DNA of 64,000 nucleotides from contig JAFUIW010000122.1 in the NCBI GenBank assembly GCA_017473945.1, positions 10,540-74,539 of the forward strand, written 5' to 3'. The notes under the pieces are model-generated. The model was not told where the DNA came from and did not search any database. It saw only the letters and a list, made by a program, of their open reading frames with translations. The stretch comes from Methanobrevibacter sp. Lineage in GTDB: Archaea > Methanobacteriota > Methanobacteria > Methanobacteriales > Methanobacteriaceae. Made by a program: the position numbers and the translations under genes. The stretch's first letter is position 1. Every line of letters begins with the position of its first letter. This document shows, in pieces, positions 29,664 to 40,501 of the stretch.

Positions 29664-31517
29664 TTAACTTAGTCCTAATGTCGCATGAGTGTTATGTCTT
29701 GCCCAGTTTGCACCCATACTTTTATAAAAACAATCCACCTGATTTTTCGTTGAATTTGAAAGAGAATAGTTTAATTTTACAATCAAACTGTCATCATGAT
29801 TTTTAATAAATCGGGTTTTCATGTAATTAACTGTCAACCATTTGGTTGGTATGTTATAATAAGTTTTATAGGAGTTACTTACTAAAACTTTTTTGCCATT
29901 ATTACTTATATCTAAAATTGCCACATAATGGTTTTTAGTGTGAAAAATTAATGCACAACCTCCTTTTTTAAGTTCATCCAATGCTGTTTTAAAAGAATTT
30001 TTATAGAAATAAGTGCAGTTGAAATTATTGCCCAGCGCTTTTATCATACCATGACATGGAGTGCCTATAACTTCCTTGGAACCAGCTTTTTTAGCCAAAT
30101 ATTTTTCAGACATGTAATTTCTTAAAACCTGACTGCAGACACTTGCTGAAGTCGGTCCACAAGTATAATCTGTATTTTGCACATCACGAACCTCAGAGTA
30201 GGTATATGATTTTCCTTTCAGGGAAACTGAAATCTTGCTTGGCCAGTACTTGTATTTGTTTGCGTTAACTATTTTCACATTGATGGCCCTTTCAATAACA
30301 TTCCATTTTTCACGTTTTACTATGTGATTGGTGTTAGGATGAGATTTTGTCTTGAAGAATGTGAATTTGGATAGTTTATTATTTAAAAACAGACAATAAC
30401 TGTCCCGTTTAATAACCTCTTTGTATTGTGTTTTTGTTAGTGTGTATGTTGCGCTTCCATCTGCCATGACATAGTTTTTAGGCATCAAATCAATGTCCGG
30501 AACACCATTTTTTAAGGGAACAGATTCATTTAACGGATCTTTTACATTTCCTTTAATCCCATTGACCTTTTTGGAAGTCCAATATTTTCCATATTTTACC
30601 GTAACTTTATATTCCTTTGCATCCAGATTCGGTTTTAAGACAATGATACCTTCAGAATCTGTTTTTTTAGTGAATTTCTTATTAGCTATTTTGATTTTAA
30701 GAGTTTTATGGGAAATATCTGAAACTGAATAATCCTTTAAATAAATCCTCAAATATCCGTTGGTAAGTAATTTGGAATTGGCAATATCAATGTTGGTGTA
30801 ATGCATCACGCGCAGGTTAAACTTGATTTGAGATGACTTGTAATAATTATTTCCACCATATTTTAAAGCAACTGAGTAAGATGCTGGTGCCAATTTTATT
30901 TTAAATCCACAACGACCATTTTTATTTGTGGTTTTAAAGTAAGTTTTTCCGTTAATTTTAAATGCTATTTTTTTATTTGGAAGAGGATTGCCTATGTTTG
31001 ATAACTCAGCGTATAAGTATTTACCCCTCACTACAAAATTAGCATGATTTGTGAGTTTTGTATCCAATTTTGAAACTTTAATATTGAATTTTTTAGAAAC
31101 GGATTTATATTGGTCATCACATGCAAATGAAACAATCAGTTTATAAGTTTTTGCAGGAAGAGATAGGTTTAAACTAGCAATTCCATTGGAATTTGTGGAT
31201 GTGGAATATTTTTTACCGTTTATCAATAGAGTCAAATTTTTAGATTTAAGCAAACTGCCAGAACTGTTTTTCAGATAAACTGTTAGAGTGTCTTTAGCCT
31301 TCAGCTTTGTTGTTTTTACACTGACAACAGGACTTGTCTTGACAACTTCAACTGTTGAATTGTCTTCAGAACTACTGGACAAATTCACATCATCAAGATT
31401 TATGCCGCCATCTGTTTCATTAATCGTTGTTTCATTCAAATCGTCAGCTGAAACAAATGATACTGTGAAGATTATTAAAAACAGCAATATTATGAAAAAA
31501 GTTATTCTATTGAACAT
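29664..31517 (-). CDS. adhesin-like surface protein with C-terminal cysteine peptidase domain (tandem paralog)
   Basis: 617 aa with the same architecture as its neighbour. DYTCGPTSASVC and ALIFHTKNHYVAILD motifs. About 55-60% identity by eye over the C-terminal 300 aa. Confidence 0.8.
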   Translation of the reverse strand: MFNRITFFIILLFLIIFTVSFVSADDLNETTINETDGGINLDDVNLSSSSEDNSTVEVVKTSPVVSVKTTKLKAKDTLTVYLKNSSGSLLKSKNLTLLINGKKYSTSTNSNGIASLNLSLPAKTYKLIVSFACDDQYKSVSKKFNIKVSKLDTKLTNHANFVVRGKYLYAELSNIGNPLPNKKIAFKINGKTYFKTTNKNGRCGFKIKLAPASYSVALKYGGNNYYKSSQIKFNLRVMHYTNIDIANSKLLTNGYLRIYLKDYSVSDISHKTLKIKIANKKFTKKTDSEGIIVLKPNLDAKEYKVTVKYGKYWTSKKVNGIKGNVKDPLNESVPLKNGVPDIDLMPKNYVMADGSATYTLTKTQYKEVIKRDSYCLFLNNKLSKFTFFKTKSHPNTNHIVKREKWNVIERAINVKIVNANKYKYWPSKISVSLKGKSYTYSEVRDVQNTDYTCGPTSASVCSQVLRNYMSEKYLAKKAGSKEVIGTPCHGMIKALGNNFNCTYFYKNSFKTALDELKKGGCALIFHTKNHYVAILDISNNGKKVLVSNSYKTYYNIPTKWLTVNYMKTRFIKNHDDSLIVKLNYSLSNSTKNQVDCFYKSMGANWARHNTHATLGLS

Positions 31518-31572
31518 TATTTCACCACAAATATGGTGATATGTTTAAAAAACATTATTAAAAAAGTTTGCG

Positions 31573-31610
31573 AAAAAAAATAGTAAAAATAAGACATTTA
31601 AGTCTTATTT
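31573..31610 (-). terminator. hairpin plus T-tract terminator ending the eha/polyferredoxin/CBS transcription unit
   Basis: AAATAAGAC / GTCTTATTT stem (31587-31610), followed on the minus strand by TTTTTACTATTTTTTTT. Confidence 0.6.
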
Positions 31611-31669
31611 ACAAATTACCGTTAGTGTGGAAATATTACTAAGGTTTGTTTATAGTTAGTTACAGACAG

Positions 31670-32305
31670 TTATTTTCTTGCTTTTCCAACACGACGGGCA
31701 ATAACCATTTCTCCAACTGAGATTAAACCTGCAAAGAATTTTTCTAAACCTCCAGTTGACCAAATAGCTTCCCCAAATGTAGCACTCATAATATTTGCTT
31801 CATATTCTTCAGGAGTTATTTTTACACCGGTGGTCTTTTTGGATACCAATGCAGATGCAGCCATCAACTCTTCCCAGGTTACTCCTTTAAGCTGATTTTG
31901 CATTGCCTTATACAATTTTTCAACTTTAATATCGTAAAGTTCAGACAACAATGCTACAATGTCGCATGCACGAACCATACCCACAATCTGATTATCATCA
32001 TTGACAACAGGAACTGTTACAAATTTATTGTTTGCAGTTAAAATTACTGCTTTTCTTGCAGGATCATCTTCATGTACTGTTGAAACTTCTTCATAACCAC
32101 TCATGATTTCTGAGATTTTTTCATTTCCTTCCCTTAATCCTCGTGTAATGTCAAATGAGGTTATCCAACCTATTAATTGTTTATCATCATTTACAACAGG
32201 ACAGGTAAAACGTCTGATTTCTTCCATTACTTTTGATACTTCAACAACACTATCTTCGCTATTTAAATATACAAAGTTTTTATCCATTAATTCTTTTGCT
32301 CTCAT
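31670..32305 (-). CDS. CBS-domain pair protein
   Basis: About 211 aa from ATG 32305 (GAGGG SD 7 nt upstream). Two CBS motifs (PVVNDDKQLIGWITSFDI, PVVNDDNQIVGMVRACDI). Confidence 0.8.
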   Translation of the reverse strand: MRAKELMDKNFVYLNSEDSVVEVSKVMEEIRRFTCPVVNDDKQLIGWITSFDITRGLREGNEKISEIMSGYEEVSTVHEDDPARKAVILTANNKFVTVPVVNDDNQIVGMVRACDIVALLSELYDIKVEKLYKAMQNQLKGVTWEELMAASALVSKKTTGVKITPEEYEANIMSATFGEAIWSTGGLEKFFAGLISVGEMVIARRVGKARK

Positions 32306-32319
32306 AAACAACCCTCGTT

Positions 32320-33147
32320 TTATTCAATATCAACTCTTTTAAGTGCTCCTACAGGACAATGACGTGTACATTCAACACAGCGAATACACTTATCATTATC
32401 AAGAACCACTTCACCATCCACTAACTCTATAGCCCCAGTAGGGCAATTTTCCTCACATAAATAACAATTTACGCAAGCTTCATGATTCACATCAAGATTT
32501 CTGCTGTGAACAATTGGACCAACATACCTGTCCAATTCAATTGCATCGTCATTTTGTGAAATTTCTACACATGCGCTGCATCCAATACACATCTTTTCAT
32601 TAACGTAAGGATATAAGGTATCATCAGCCAACTCCATACCTAAATCCAAATTCAATTTATCGAAAAACTCTTTAAATTCCAGAGTGAATGCGTTTGTTGG
32701 ACATAAATTTGCACAATCATCCCAATTATTATCAACCGAATAATTAATTGAAATTTCATTCATTCTAACTACTCTGTGAGAACAGCTAACATTAGATAAA
32801 CTGTATTCAATGCAGTCTTGTTCATCGTCATTTTTATAGACAGCAGTATTATCTATTAATTTTATTGCGGAAACAGGACAGGTTTGAACGCAAATTTCAC
32901 ATTTTACACATTTATCAGTGATTTTAGCTATTCTGAATATATTAGCTGGTTCGATTGCACTAACTGGACATTCTCCAACGCAGGTGTTGCATCTTACACA
33001 TCTAGGGGCAACAGCTATAATCTCTTCATTTGAATTGAAATCTTCCAATTCAAATTGGAAATCATCACCATCATCATCTAAATCAACAGATTTCAATAGA
33101 ACTTCTCGCTCTAAGTTTTTCATCTGTTTTTGAAACGTTACATTCAT
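32320..33147 (-). CDS. polyferredoxin (multiple 4Fe-4S binding motifs)
   Basis: 275 aa with about five CxxCxxCxxxCP motifs (CVRCNTCVGECP, CVKCEICVQTCP, CVNCYLCEENCP, CIRCVECTRHCP and others). Confidence 0.85.
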   Translation of the reverse strand: MNVTFQKQMKNLEREVLLKSVDLDDDGDDFQFELEDFNSNEEIIAVAPRCVRCNTCVGECPVSAIEPANIFRIAKITDKCVKCEICVQTCPVSAIKLIDNTAVYKNDDEQDCIEYSLSNVSCSHRVVRMNEISINYSVDNNWDDCANLCPTNAFTLEFKEFFDKLNLDLGMELADDTLYPYVNEKMCIGCSACVEISQNDDAIELDRYVGPIVHSRNLDVNHEACVNCYLCEENCPTGAIELVDGEVVLDNDKCIRCVECTRHCPVGALKRVDIE

Positions 33148-33190
33148 AATATTACCAACTAACTATTTTATTATTTAAATAAACTTGATT

Positions 33191-34123
33191 TTAAAAGAAA
33201 TCCTCCAATTCTTTTAAAGATGGGAATTTCTCCATTCCGAATCCTTCAATAGCCTTACTGGCCACCCAATTTGCAATTCTGCAGGATTTTTCCAAATCGT
33301 ATCCTTTCAGATAGGAATATAAAAATCCGCTGTTAAAACTATCTCCAGCACCTGTTGTATCGACAACATCACAATTGAATGCTCCCACTTGACATTGTTT
33401 GGAATTATTTATTGCATAAACACCTTTTGAACCTTGTTTTACAACTATGGTTTCAATTCCCAAATCCAAGAAACCGACAACCAATTCATTAACGGGAGCA
33501 TCACTGTCATTGCATAACAATCTTAATTCTGATTCATTTATAAGCAGGACATTTGTTCTTTCAAGTATCGGTTTTAGTTCATGAAATCCCTTTTGAACAT
33601 ATAGCATTCCAGGATCAAAGCTTAAGACAGTATCATGACTTAACTTTTCCAACAATTCAATTTGAGTCTTAAATGAATCACCAACGAATGATGTATAATG
33701 CATTATTTTGCATCTCATAATATTCATTGGATTTATTTCATCAATTTGGATTTCATCGTTAACACCCGGATTGATATAAAGGCATCTTTCACCTTCATTG
33801 TCAACGAATCCTAAGCATTTTCCGGTTGACCCTGATTCGGAGTAAATTAAATTATTAGTGTATACTCCATTAATGGCCAAATTATATTCTATTAAGTCCC
33901 CATCCTCATCTTCAGCTATTTTTCCAATAATTGATGTATCTATACCTAGTCTGGCCAAGCCAACTATTGTGTTGGCCGCTGAACCACCAGGAGTTGAAGT
34001 TTCGCTTTTTATGAAACTCTCTTCATCAGCACCAACAATATTTTCTACAGAACATAGCTTATCCACATTCAAGGCACCGAATCCGATTACTTCAGCATTA
34101 AGATCATTATCAAGTATTTCCAT
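33191..34123 (-). CDS. ehaT: PfkB/ribokinase-family sugar kinase, last gene of the eha operon
   Basis: 310 aa. PGGSAANT and DTTGAGDSF motifs. The subunit letter is assigned by position, following the ehaA-T order described for Methanothermobacter. Confidence 0.7.
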   Translation of the reverse strand: MEILDNDLNAEVIGFGALNVDKLCSVENIVGADEESFIKSETSTPGGSAANTIVGLARLGIDTSIIGKIAEDEDGDLIEYNLAINGVYTNNLIYSESGSTGKCLGFVDNEGERCLYINPGVNDEIQIDEINPMNIMRCKIMHYTSFVGDSFKTQIELLEKLSHDTVLSFDPGMLYVQKGFHELKPILERTNVLLINESELRLLCNDSDAPVNELVVGFLDLGIETIVVKQGSKGVYAINNSKQCQVGAFNCDVVDTTGAGDSFNSGFLYSYLKGYDLEKSCRIANWVASKAIEGFGMEKFPSLKELEDFF

Positions 34124-34132
34124 ATTAAAACC

Positions 34133-35023
34133 CTACTTTAAGATATCCAATAAATTTATATTTTTATCTCCGAGTTTTCCATCAAAATTGCCTGCAGAGA
34201 TTTTAATAACTCCTTCAAATTCCAAAGCAGCATCAATACCTGCTTTGATAGCTTTATTCATTGATTCCTCATTAATTGCATTAACGACAATTTCTGGAAT
34301 GTAATTAACTCCTTCTGGAACTTTAGACTCATCACCTAAAGATTCCTTTAGTGAAGGACAGTAAACATGATTTGTGGTTGGTCCAATTTCAGGGAAGTTT
34401 GTTTCCGGTTTTGAAGCTGCTGAACAGACATCAAATGGTGCGGTTGCACCTTCAACACCCATTATCGCATCGATTATTGCATCACCTGCATCGATAACTG
34501 CCTCTGGAGTTTCACATAAATACCAGAAGTTTCCACCCATTATTCCATCGTTTATTTTGAATTTTTCTTCAATCTGAAAATCAGGAACCGCAATTGGAAC
34601 GTTTATCATCTTTCTTCCGTATTCCTCTACAATCCATTCATAACCATCTCCACAGTGTCCAACGATGTCCATCATTTCAATATATTCATCGCCCTCACTG
34701 TCGGAATAATCAAAGATACGTGTAAAAGGCTTGACCAAAACGTCCTGGCGAAGCCTGTAAGATAACTCGAATGCAAATTTTTCAACGTCATCGCCGCCTA
34801 ACCAGTATTGCACAACAGCACCAAATCTTCCGTCAGGAGTTTGGGATTCGTCTAAAAATCCTTCCACACCGCCTTCAACTCTGCCGATGACAGCACTTGG
34901 AGTTGAAGTTGAATCGTATGCTGCTCTTTTAACTATTTTTTCGTTAGGCCCCGTGATTAAAGCTCTTACGTATTTTCCTTCAAAAGCTTCAAAAAATGTA
35001 TCATCTACTTTATCATAACTCAT
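34133..35023 (-). CDS. ehaS: formylmethanofuran:tetrahydromethanopterin formyltransferase paralog
   Basis: 296 aa, collinear with Ftr ([17 protein letters not shown]..., [27 protein letters not shown]). Confidence 0.8.
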   Translation of the reverse strand: MSYDKVDDTFFEAFEGKYVRALITGPNEKIVKRAAYDSTSTPSAVIGRVEGGVEGFLDESQTPDGRFGAVVQYWLGGDDVEKFAFELSYRLRQDVLVKPFTRIFDYSDSEGDEYIEMMDIVGHCGDGYEWIVEEYGRKMINVPIAVPDFQIEEKFKINDGIMGGNFWYLCETPEAVIDAGDAIIDAIMGVEGATAPFDVCSAASKPETNFPEIGPTTNHVYCPSLKESLGDESKVPEGVNYIPEIVVNAINEESMNKAIKAGIDAALEFEGVIKISAGNFDGKLGDKNINLLDILK

Positions 35024-35042
35024 TTTTAATACCTTCCTTTAA

Positions 35043-36089
35043 TTAACCTAATCCTCCGATGTCCTCGCCTCTAATATTAGTTCGCATATATTTACTGTCT
35101 TTTAGAATTTCTTCATAATTTTCATCACAAATCAATTGTATAATCGGATAATTTTCATTTTTAAAAACATCAAAGAATTTTTCTTTTATTTCCAAATCTA
35201 TATTGTACTGATTGAATAGTTCTTTTAAATCATTTGAATCGTTGTAATCTGCTATGAATTTTAAAACCTTGCCTTTATCATTTTCAGCATAAATATTTGC
35301 TATTACTGCAGTTGCTATGGCACTCGGCGAAACTATTGCAATTTCAGCAACTTTTAAAGGGTATTCATTACCATTGAATGAAATGCTAACGCCATTATTT
35401 GCTCTTGCAAATTCCAAAGGCTCCACATCAGTAATGCTGTCGCCTATGTATAGCATATTATCTGAGTCAATTCCATCTCTTTCAATTATCTTATCGATAG
35501 CCAATTTTTTGCCTTGCCCTCCGACGACTTCAATTTCCATGATTTTTTCATAAATACTCATTTGAGAGATTTGTGTAAAGAAAATGTCATCGAATAGCTC
35601 ATAGTCATTAGGGTTTTCCAGAATTAATTTCTTAAATTCATTGATTTTTTTGATTTCATCATCATTTAAAGTTAAGCTATCTACATCAACATTTGTGTAA
35701 AATGTATTTTCAAATGGAACTTCCATATAATTAGAAACAGCTTCAATATATTGGCCGTAACTTGTACTAACTATATAAGTATTCATAGCATTCTTCAAGT
35801 ATTTCAATAGTAATTTTGAGTCGTTAACTGAATAAATATTGTTTTGTGAAAAGTCAACCATATCCTTATTTTTAAGGTTTTCACAGACAAAAAAAGGCAA
35901 GATTAGTTTTAACGTATTACCTGCCTTATAATTTTCCTTTTTAACTATATCTACCAAGTAATCATCATACAAACTAAGTATCTTGAATAATTCATCCCCT
36001 TTTTCGATGAATTTTGTCGCCAATTCAAAGGCATTGTCATTCAATGTCAACGGCCCTTCACAGTCCGTGATAAACGATTTTTCAAACAT
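35043..36089 (-). CDS. ehaR: Eha-associated hydrophilic protein with HAD-like features
   Basis: 348 aa. ITDCEGPLT near the N-terminus and YIGDSITDVEPL resemble HAD motifs I and IV. The subunit letter is assigned by position. Confidence 0.6.
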   Translation of the reverse strand: MFEKSFITDCEGPLTLNDNAFELATKFIEKGDELFKILSLYDDYLVDIVKKENYKAGNTLKLILPFFVCENLKNKDMVDFSQNNIYSVNDSKLLLKYLKNAMNTYIVSTSYGQYIEAVSNYMEVPFENTFYTNVDVDSLTLNDDEIKKINEFKKLILENPNDYELFDDIFFTQISQMSIYEKIMEIEVVGGQGKKLAIDKIIERDGIDSDNMLYIGDSITDVEPLEFARANNGVSISFNGNEYPLKVAEIAIVSPSAIATAVIANIYAENDKGKVLKFIADYNDSNDLKELFNQYNIDLEIKEKFFDVFKNENYPIIQLICDENYEEILKDSKYMRTNIRGEDIGGLG

Positions 36090-36092
36090 GAT

Positions 36093-37460
36093 TCACCTAA
36101 AGTTAACTATCCTTATTGCATCCAAAGGACATATTTCCTCACAATTTCTACAATAAATACATTTTTCGCTGTCAAATTCAATTTTATCATCATTCAATGA
36201 TAATGCTTCAACAGGACAATTTTTTACACAAATTACACATGCTTGACACTTTTCATCTGAAAGTGAAAAGTCACCTAATCTTTGATAATGTAAATAAGAT
36301 CTTGCATAGTACAAGTCAGTGTCCTTACTGTAGAAATAATCATCATATGCCCCAATTGCATCAAATTGACATTGTTCCACACATTTTCCACAATATATAC
36401 AATTATCATTAATTTTAATAGGATTTGGCCCATCCAATTCTATGGCTTTTACAGGACAAACGTTTAAACAGTCCCCGCAAGCAACACATTTTTTATCATA
36501 AACTTCAATGTTCCTATCCATCAGATATGATCCGAACAGCTTTGTGAACTTGGAAATTTCAATGTGAGAGTCCAAACTGAGCTTCAGCTCTTTTTCCATC
36601 ATGTCATTGACCTTGCATTCAATGAAATTTTCAAAGTTTTGGTCATTGAATTCCAATGCTATTGATTTTCCAACCTTCTCAAGAACCTTGTTTAAACTGA
36701 TTAAATCCAAGGACAGTCTTTTCATGTCATGGTCAACAATTTCAGACACGATATCAAATGACTTGATTTCACTGTACATTTTATAAGCTTTTTTACGTGA
36801 GGAATACTTGATTGCTGTTGACGGGCATGAATGCATGCACTCTTCACATCTTGCACAGTATCCAGGATTGATGTAAGGCAGCTTGTTGGTTCTTGCCACA
36901 TTGATTGCACCCATTGACGGACAAACCCTTGTACATGTCATACATCCGATACACTTATCCTGATTGACAACAATGGCCTTACCTCCCTTAACCGTTTTAG
37001 GAAGCAATTGACCGTATTTGATTGCATCGGTCGGACATACTCTGAAACAATATCCGCAACGTACACATGTGTCCTTATCAATCTCACTGTGAGGTGGCTG
37101 TTTTCCATCGGAAACAATGTGTATAGAACCGTTTTTACATGCCTGAACACATGCACCACAGGCCTTACATAATTTTACATTGATGTTTGGAACATTTTCC
37201 TTTATTGGAGGGTCCATATGCACATCAAGTGAAATTGCATCAAATGGACAAGCATTACGACACAATACACATCCAAAACAGGTATTTTTTAATTTAATAA
37301 GACCGTCATCGTCATCCATGTAGATTGCATCAATCGGACAGGACTGAAGACATGGTTTATCACTGCAATTTGCACATTTTGTTTGGTCAACCAAATAGTC
37401 AACGTCAACATGTCTCAATGGCCTTGGTGTTTTAGTATAACTATCAATCATAACACTCAC
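36093..37460 (-). CDS. ehaQ: Eha polyferredoxin, 10 x [4Fe-4S] motifs
   Basis: 455 aa. I count ten CxxCxxCxxxC(P) motifs, which matches the 10-cluster EhaQ. Confidence 0.85.
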   Translation of the reverse strand: MSVMIDSYTKTPRPLRHVDVDYLVDQTKCANCSDKPCLQSCPIDAIYMDDDDGLIKLKNTCFGCVLCRNACPFDAISLDVHMDPPIKENVPNINVKLCKACGACVQACKNGSIHIVSDGKQPPHSEIDKDTCVRCGYCFRVCPTDAIKYGQLLPKTVKGGKAIVVNQDKCIGCMTCTRVCPSMGAINVARTNKLPYINPGYCARCEECMHSCPSTAIKYSSRKKAYKMYSEIKSFDIVSEIVDHDMKRLSLDLISLNKVLEKVGKSIALEFNDQNFENFIECKVNDMMEKELKLSLDSHIEISKFTKLFGSYLMDRNIEVYDKKCVACGDCLNVCPVKAIELDGPNPIKINDNCIYCGKCVEQCQFDAIGAYDDYFYSKDTDLYYARSYLHYQRLGDFSLSDEKCQACVICVKNCPVEALSLNDDKIEFDSEKCIYCRNCEEICPLDAIRIVNFR

Positions 37461-38485
37461 TCCATGAAAATATCCTCATTTAAGTTAGATGCCTTTACGG
37501 TAGCATGAATGATTTCCTTGTCCTCCATTGAAAATTTGGCAATGAAATACTTGATTACTGAAAATGGACAAGTCTGGTAACATATGCTGCAACGTAAACA
37601 TCTACTTTTATCTCTCACAATTGTATCTTCCGCTTCATCAAAGGAAATGCAACCTGTAGGACAATCTGGAATACATAACTGACATTTTTCACATTTGGAT
37701 TTATCCCAATCGATGATTCTAATTTTAAGCCTGTTTACAGCATTGGATATTATTTCCAAAGCTATTTCCTCATCGGGAAGAATTTTCAACGCATCATCCC
37801 AAATATCTGAAATAGGAACATCATATTGCAATAGCTCGTCTGTTTCAAGAGCCCTCAAGTCATCTTCCTTATTGTTGATGTATTCTTCAAGATGGTTTAC
37901 TGTCAGCAAGATTAAATCCTTTTGGTCTTGCAGGTTTTCAACAAATACACCTTTCATTGCACCGTTAACAGGGCAAACTTCAAGACACTCACCACAGGAA
38001 ATGCATCTGAGCTGGTCAACAACAAGTTTCCCGTCTTCAAGATTGATTGCATCAACCGGACATTTTTTCATACACTTTTTACATTTGATACACAGATAAT
38101 CGTCAACAATGTACTGTCGTTTTGAAGGAATGATATTGAATTCCGGAAGTATTAAATGATTCAAACCGCATTCCAATGTCTTTGGGTCAGTCGGACAAAC
38201 TTCAGCACAAAAACCACATCGAATACATGCACCAGGATAAATTACAGGATATGTCAATCCTTCACCAGTTTCATCATCCTTTTCCCTCACGATTTTAATA
38301 GCATTTGGAGAAGGACATGATACTGTACATGCCCCGCAACCTATACAGTATTCCTTATTGACTTTTGGAAAATCCCTGAATCTTTCTGGTTTTTCTGCTA
38401 TTTCAGGTTCGGTGTGGGCATTTGCAAATGCGTCTGTCCATGCTTTTCTTGCGAAATCGTAAATGTACCACATTAGAGATGCCAT
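37457..38485 (-). CDS. ehaP: Eha polyferredoxin, 6 x [4Fe-4S] motifs
   Basis: 342 aa. Six CxxCxxCxxxCP motifs, which matches the 6-cluster EhaP. Confidence 0.85.
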   Translation of the reverse strand: MASLMWYIYDFARKAWTDAFANAHTEPEIAEKPERFRDFPKVNKEYCIGCGACTVSCPSPNAIKIVREKDDETGEGLTYPVIYPGACIRCGFCAEVCPTDPKTLECGLNHLILPEFNIIPSKRQYIVDDYLCIKCKKCMKKCPVDAINLEDGKLVVDQLRCISCGECLEVCPVNGAMKGVFVENLQDQKDLILLTVNHLEEYINNKEDDLRALETDELLQYDVPISDIWDDALKILPDEEIALEIISNAVNRLKIRIIDWDKSKCEKCQLCIPDCPTGCISFDEAEDTIVRDKSRCLRCSICYQTCPFSVIKYFIAKFSMEDKEIIHATVKASNLNEDIFME

Positions 38486-38486
38486 T

Positions 38487-39611
38487 TTATTTCACCTCAT
38501 AAAAATCTTTAACAGCAGTTTTTCCATACTCATTTGTTATAGCAACCCTTTCCGCACATGCAACGCAAGGGTCACTTGTAGCGTATGTTGCCACTGCATC
38601 TGCAACTGTTGGAACATCACGAATCATGTATTTTGCACAGGAGTCCATATTAGGAATACTTGGAGTCCTGATTGAAATATTCTTTATTAAGCTTCCATTG
38701 GTTTCAATCATGTAAGTAACTTCACCGCGAGGAGCTTCGTTTTTACGCATTGCATAACCTGATTTCAAATCAGCAGGAGTACGAACTTCACCATCAGGTA
38801 TATTCTCAATAGCTTGTCTAATTAAGCTAATAGATTCAGGTATTTCATCAAATCTTGTTAGAGTTCTTGCGTAATTATCTCCTTCAGTTCGTCTAATTAC
38901 TTTAAAGTCAAAATAATCATCATAAGTATAATGACCGTTTCTATAATCCTCTTTAACACCAGAAGCCCTTCCAATCGGACCTACAGCACGTCCTTTAATA
39001 GCTTCTTTTTTAGTCATTACACCAATCCCTTTACATCTCAAGGCAAGTGCAGGACCCTCAGCAAACAACGCTCTTGTTGTTTCAAACTCATCCTCAATTT
39101 TTTGAAGGTTTTCAAGTATCGGTTTGAAATGGCGTTCATCAGCATCCATTCTGACTCCACCGACAACATTCCAACCCATATTGACTCTATTTCCAGTTAA
39201 TAATTCGATTGAATCCATTGCATATTCCCTTAGCTCCAGCACTCTCATGAACAATGTTTCATGATCCATGGACTTGAAGAATGTGGAGTTTCCGAGAAGG
39301 TGACTTTGGATTCTGTCAAGTTCGTTTGTAATAACCCTTAAAAATTGGGCTCTTACAGGAACATCAACACCTGAAATTTGTTCAATGGTTTCTGCGAATG
39401 TTTGGGTGTGTTCATATGAACAGATACCACATACACGTTCTGAAAGATAAATTCCTTTCTGCCAAGTTTGTCCTTCAATTATCTTTTCAATGCCTCTGTG
39501 AACATAACCATATTCAATTTCCGCTTTAACGACTCTTTCCCCTTCAGTTTGAAGTTTAAGTCTAATAGGTTCTTTTAAAGCAGGATGAATTGGACCAATA
39601 GGCACTATCAT
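38487..39611 (-). CDS. ehaO: energy-converting [NiFe] hydrogenase A large subunit
   Basis: 374 aa. N-terminal [10 protein letters not shown] and C-terminal [10 protein letters not shown] Ni-Fe ligand motifs. Confidence 0.92.
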   Translation of the reverse strand: MIVPIGPIHPALKEPIRLKLQTEGERVVKAEIEYGYVHRGIEKIIEGQTWQKGIYLSERVCGICSYEHTQTFAETIEQISGVDVPVRAQFLRVITNELDRIQSHLLGNSTFFKSMDHETLFMRVLELREYAMDSIELLTGNRVNMGWNVVGGVRMDADERHFKPILENLQKIEDEFETTRALFAEGPALALRCKGIGVMTKKEAIKGRAVGPIGRASGVKEDYRNGHYTYDDYFDFKVIRRTEGDNYARTLTRFDEIPESISLIRQAIENIPDGEVRTPADLKSGYAMRKNEAPRGEVTYMIETNGSLIKNISIRTPSIPNMDSCAKYMIRDVPTVADAVATYATSDPCVACAERVAITNEYGKTAVKDFYEVK

Positions 39612-40057
39612 TTCTTTTCCCTCCCACGATCAGCAATAGCTTGTGGTCCGACAGCCAGAATGGCCTCCAATATTTCATTAGGCCTCGGCGGACAGCCTGG
39701 AATTGCCGCATCAACAGGTATGAAATTGGATGCAGGTGCATAAACATGACCTCCTTCCTGATTAAATACATCACCAGATTGCGGGCAGTTTCCAACCGCT
39801 ACCACTATTTTTGGTTCAGGAGCCTTATCATAAACTCTTTTTAAATTTGTAACCCATTGTTCGGTGACTGCGCCGGTCAACAATAGGACATCAGCTTCAC
39901 GAGGATTGTTGTGAACGTAAATACCATATTGCTCTAAATCATATCTTGGAGATAATAATGCGACACATTCTACGTCACATCCATTACATCCTCCGCAATT
40001 GACTATGCAGACGTGAATTGAGCTTTTCCTCACAACATCCTTAATAGCATTTAACAT
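39608..40057 (-). CDS. ehaN: energy-converting hydrogenase A small subunit (NuoB-like)
   Basis: 149 aa. CGGCNGC...GNCP...GCPPRP cluster-binding pattern. Confidence 0.9.
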   Translation of the reverse strand: MLNAIKDVVRKSSIHVCIVNCGGCNGCDVECVALLSPRYDLEQYGIYVHNNPREADVLLLTGAVTEQWVTNLKRVYDKAPEPKIVVAVGNCPQSGDVFNQEGGHVYAPASNFIPVDAAIPGCPPRPNEILEAILAVGPQAIADRGREKK

Positions 40058-40086
40058 TTGTACTCCCTCTTAAATTTTCATAAATA

Positions 40087-40491
40087 TTATAAACTTGATT
40101 TAAATTCCGCTTCTTTTTTTAATAATTTAAATAATTCTAATTTTCCTTCTTTCAAGGCTTCTTCGTAAGATTTACCATTTTTTATTTCATCAATTATATT
40201 CATTTTGAGTTTTTTGCCATCTTCGCGAGAGATTACCTCTAAAGTATCAATATACCAACATAAGCTCAAATCAGCATTTAACTTTTGATATAAACATATG
40301 TCCTGAGCTGATTCGAAAGTAGCATGTAACGCTTCAAGAGAAGACATGTCAAATAAATCAAAGAAAACTTCCTCAAGCTCATCAACAGTACAATCATAAT
40401 CTTTAGAAAATGGAATTATAATATCTCTTTGCCAAGCATAACTTTTGATAATTCTTTTCTGCATTAATTTTAATCTAGCATCATCATCCAT
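40087..40491 (-). CDS. ehaM: Eha hydrophilic subunit
   Basis: 134 aa acidic soluble protein. Assigned by position in the operon. Confidence 0.6.
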   Translation of the reverse strand: MDDDARLKLMQKRIIKSYAWQRDIIIPFSKDYDCTVDELEEVFFDLFDMSSLEALHATFESAQDICLYQKLNADLSLCWYIDTLEVISREDGKKLKMNIIDEIKNGKSYEEALKEGKLELFKLLKKEAEFKSSL

Positions 40492-40501
40492 TCAAATCAC
40501 A

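Noticed and set aside
36722-37159. Two minus-strand ORFs (62 and 73 aa) in an alternative frame of ehaQ, and 39562..39795 across the ehaN/ehaO junction.
   Set aside because: They are overlapped by the main frames that carry the CxxCxxCxxxCP and NiFe motifs, and no evidence supports dual coding.
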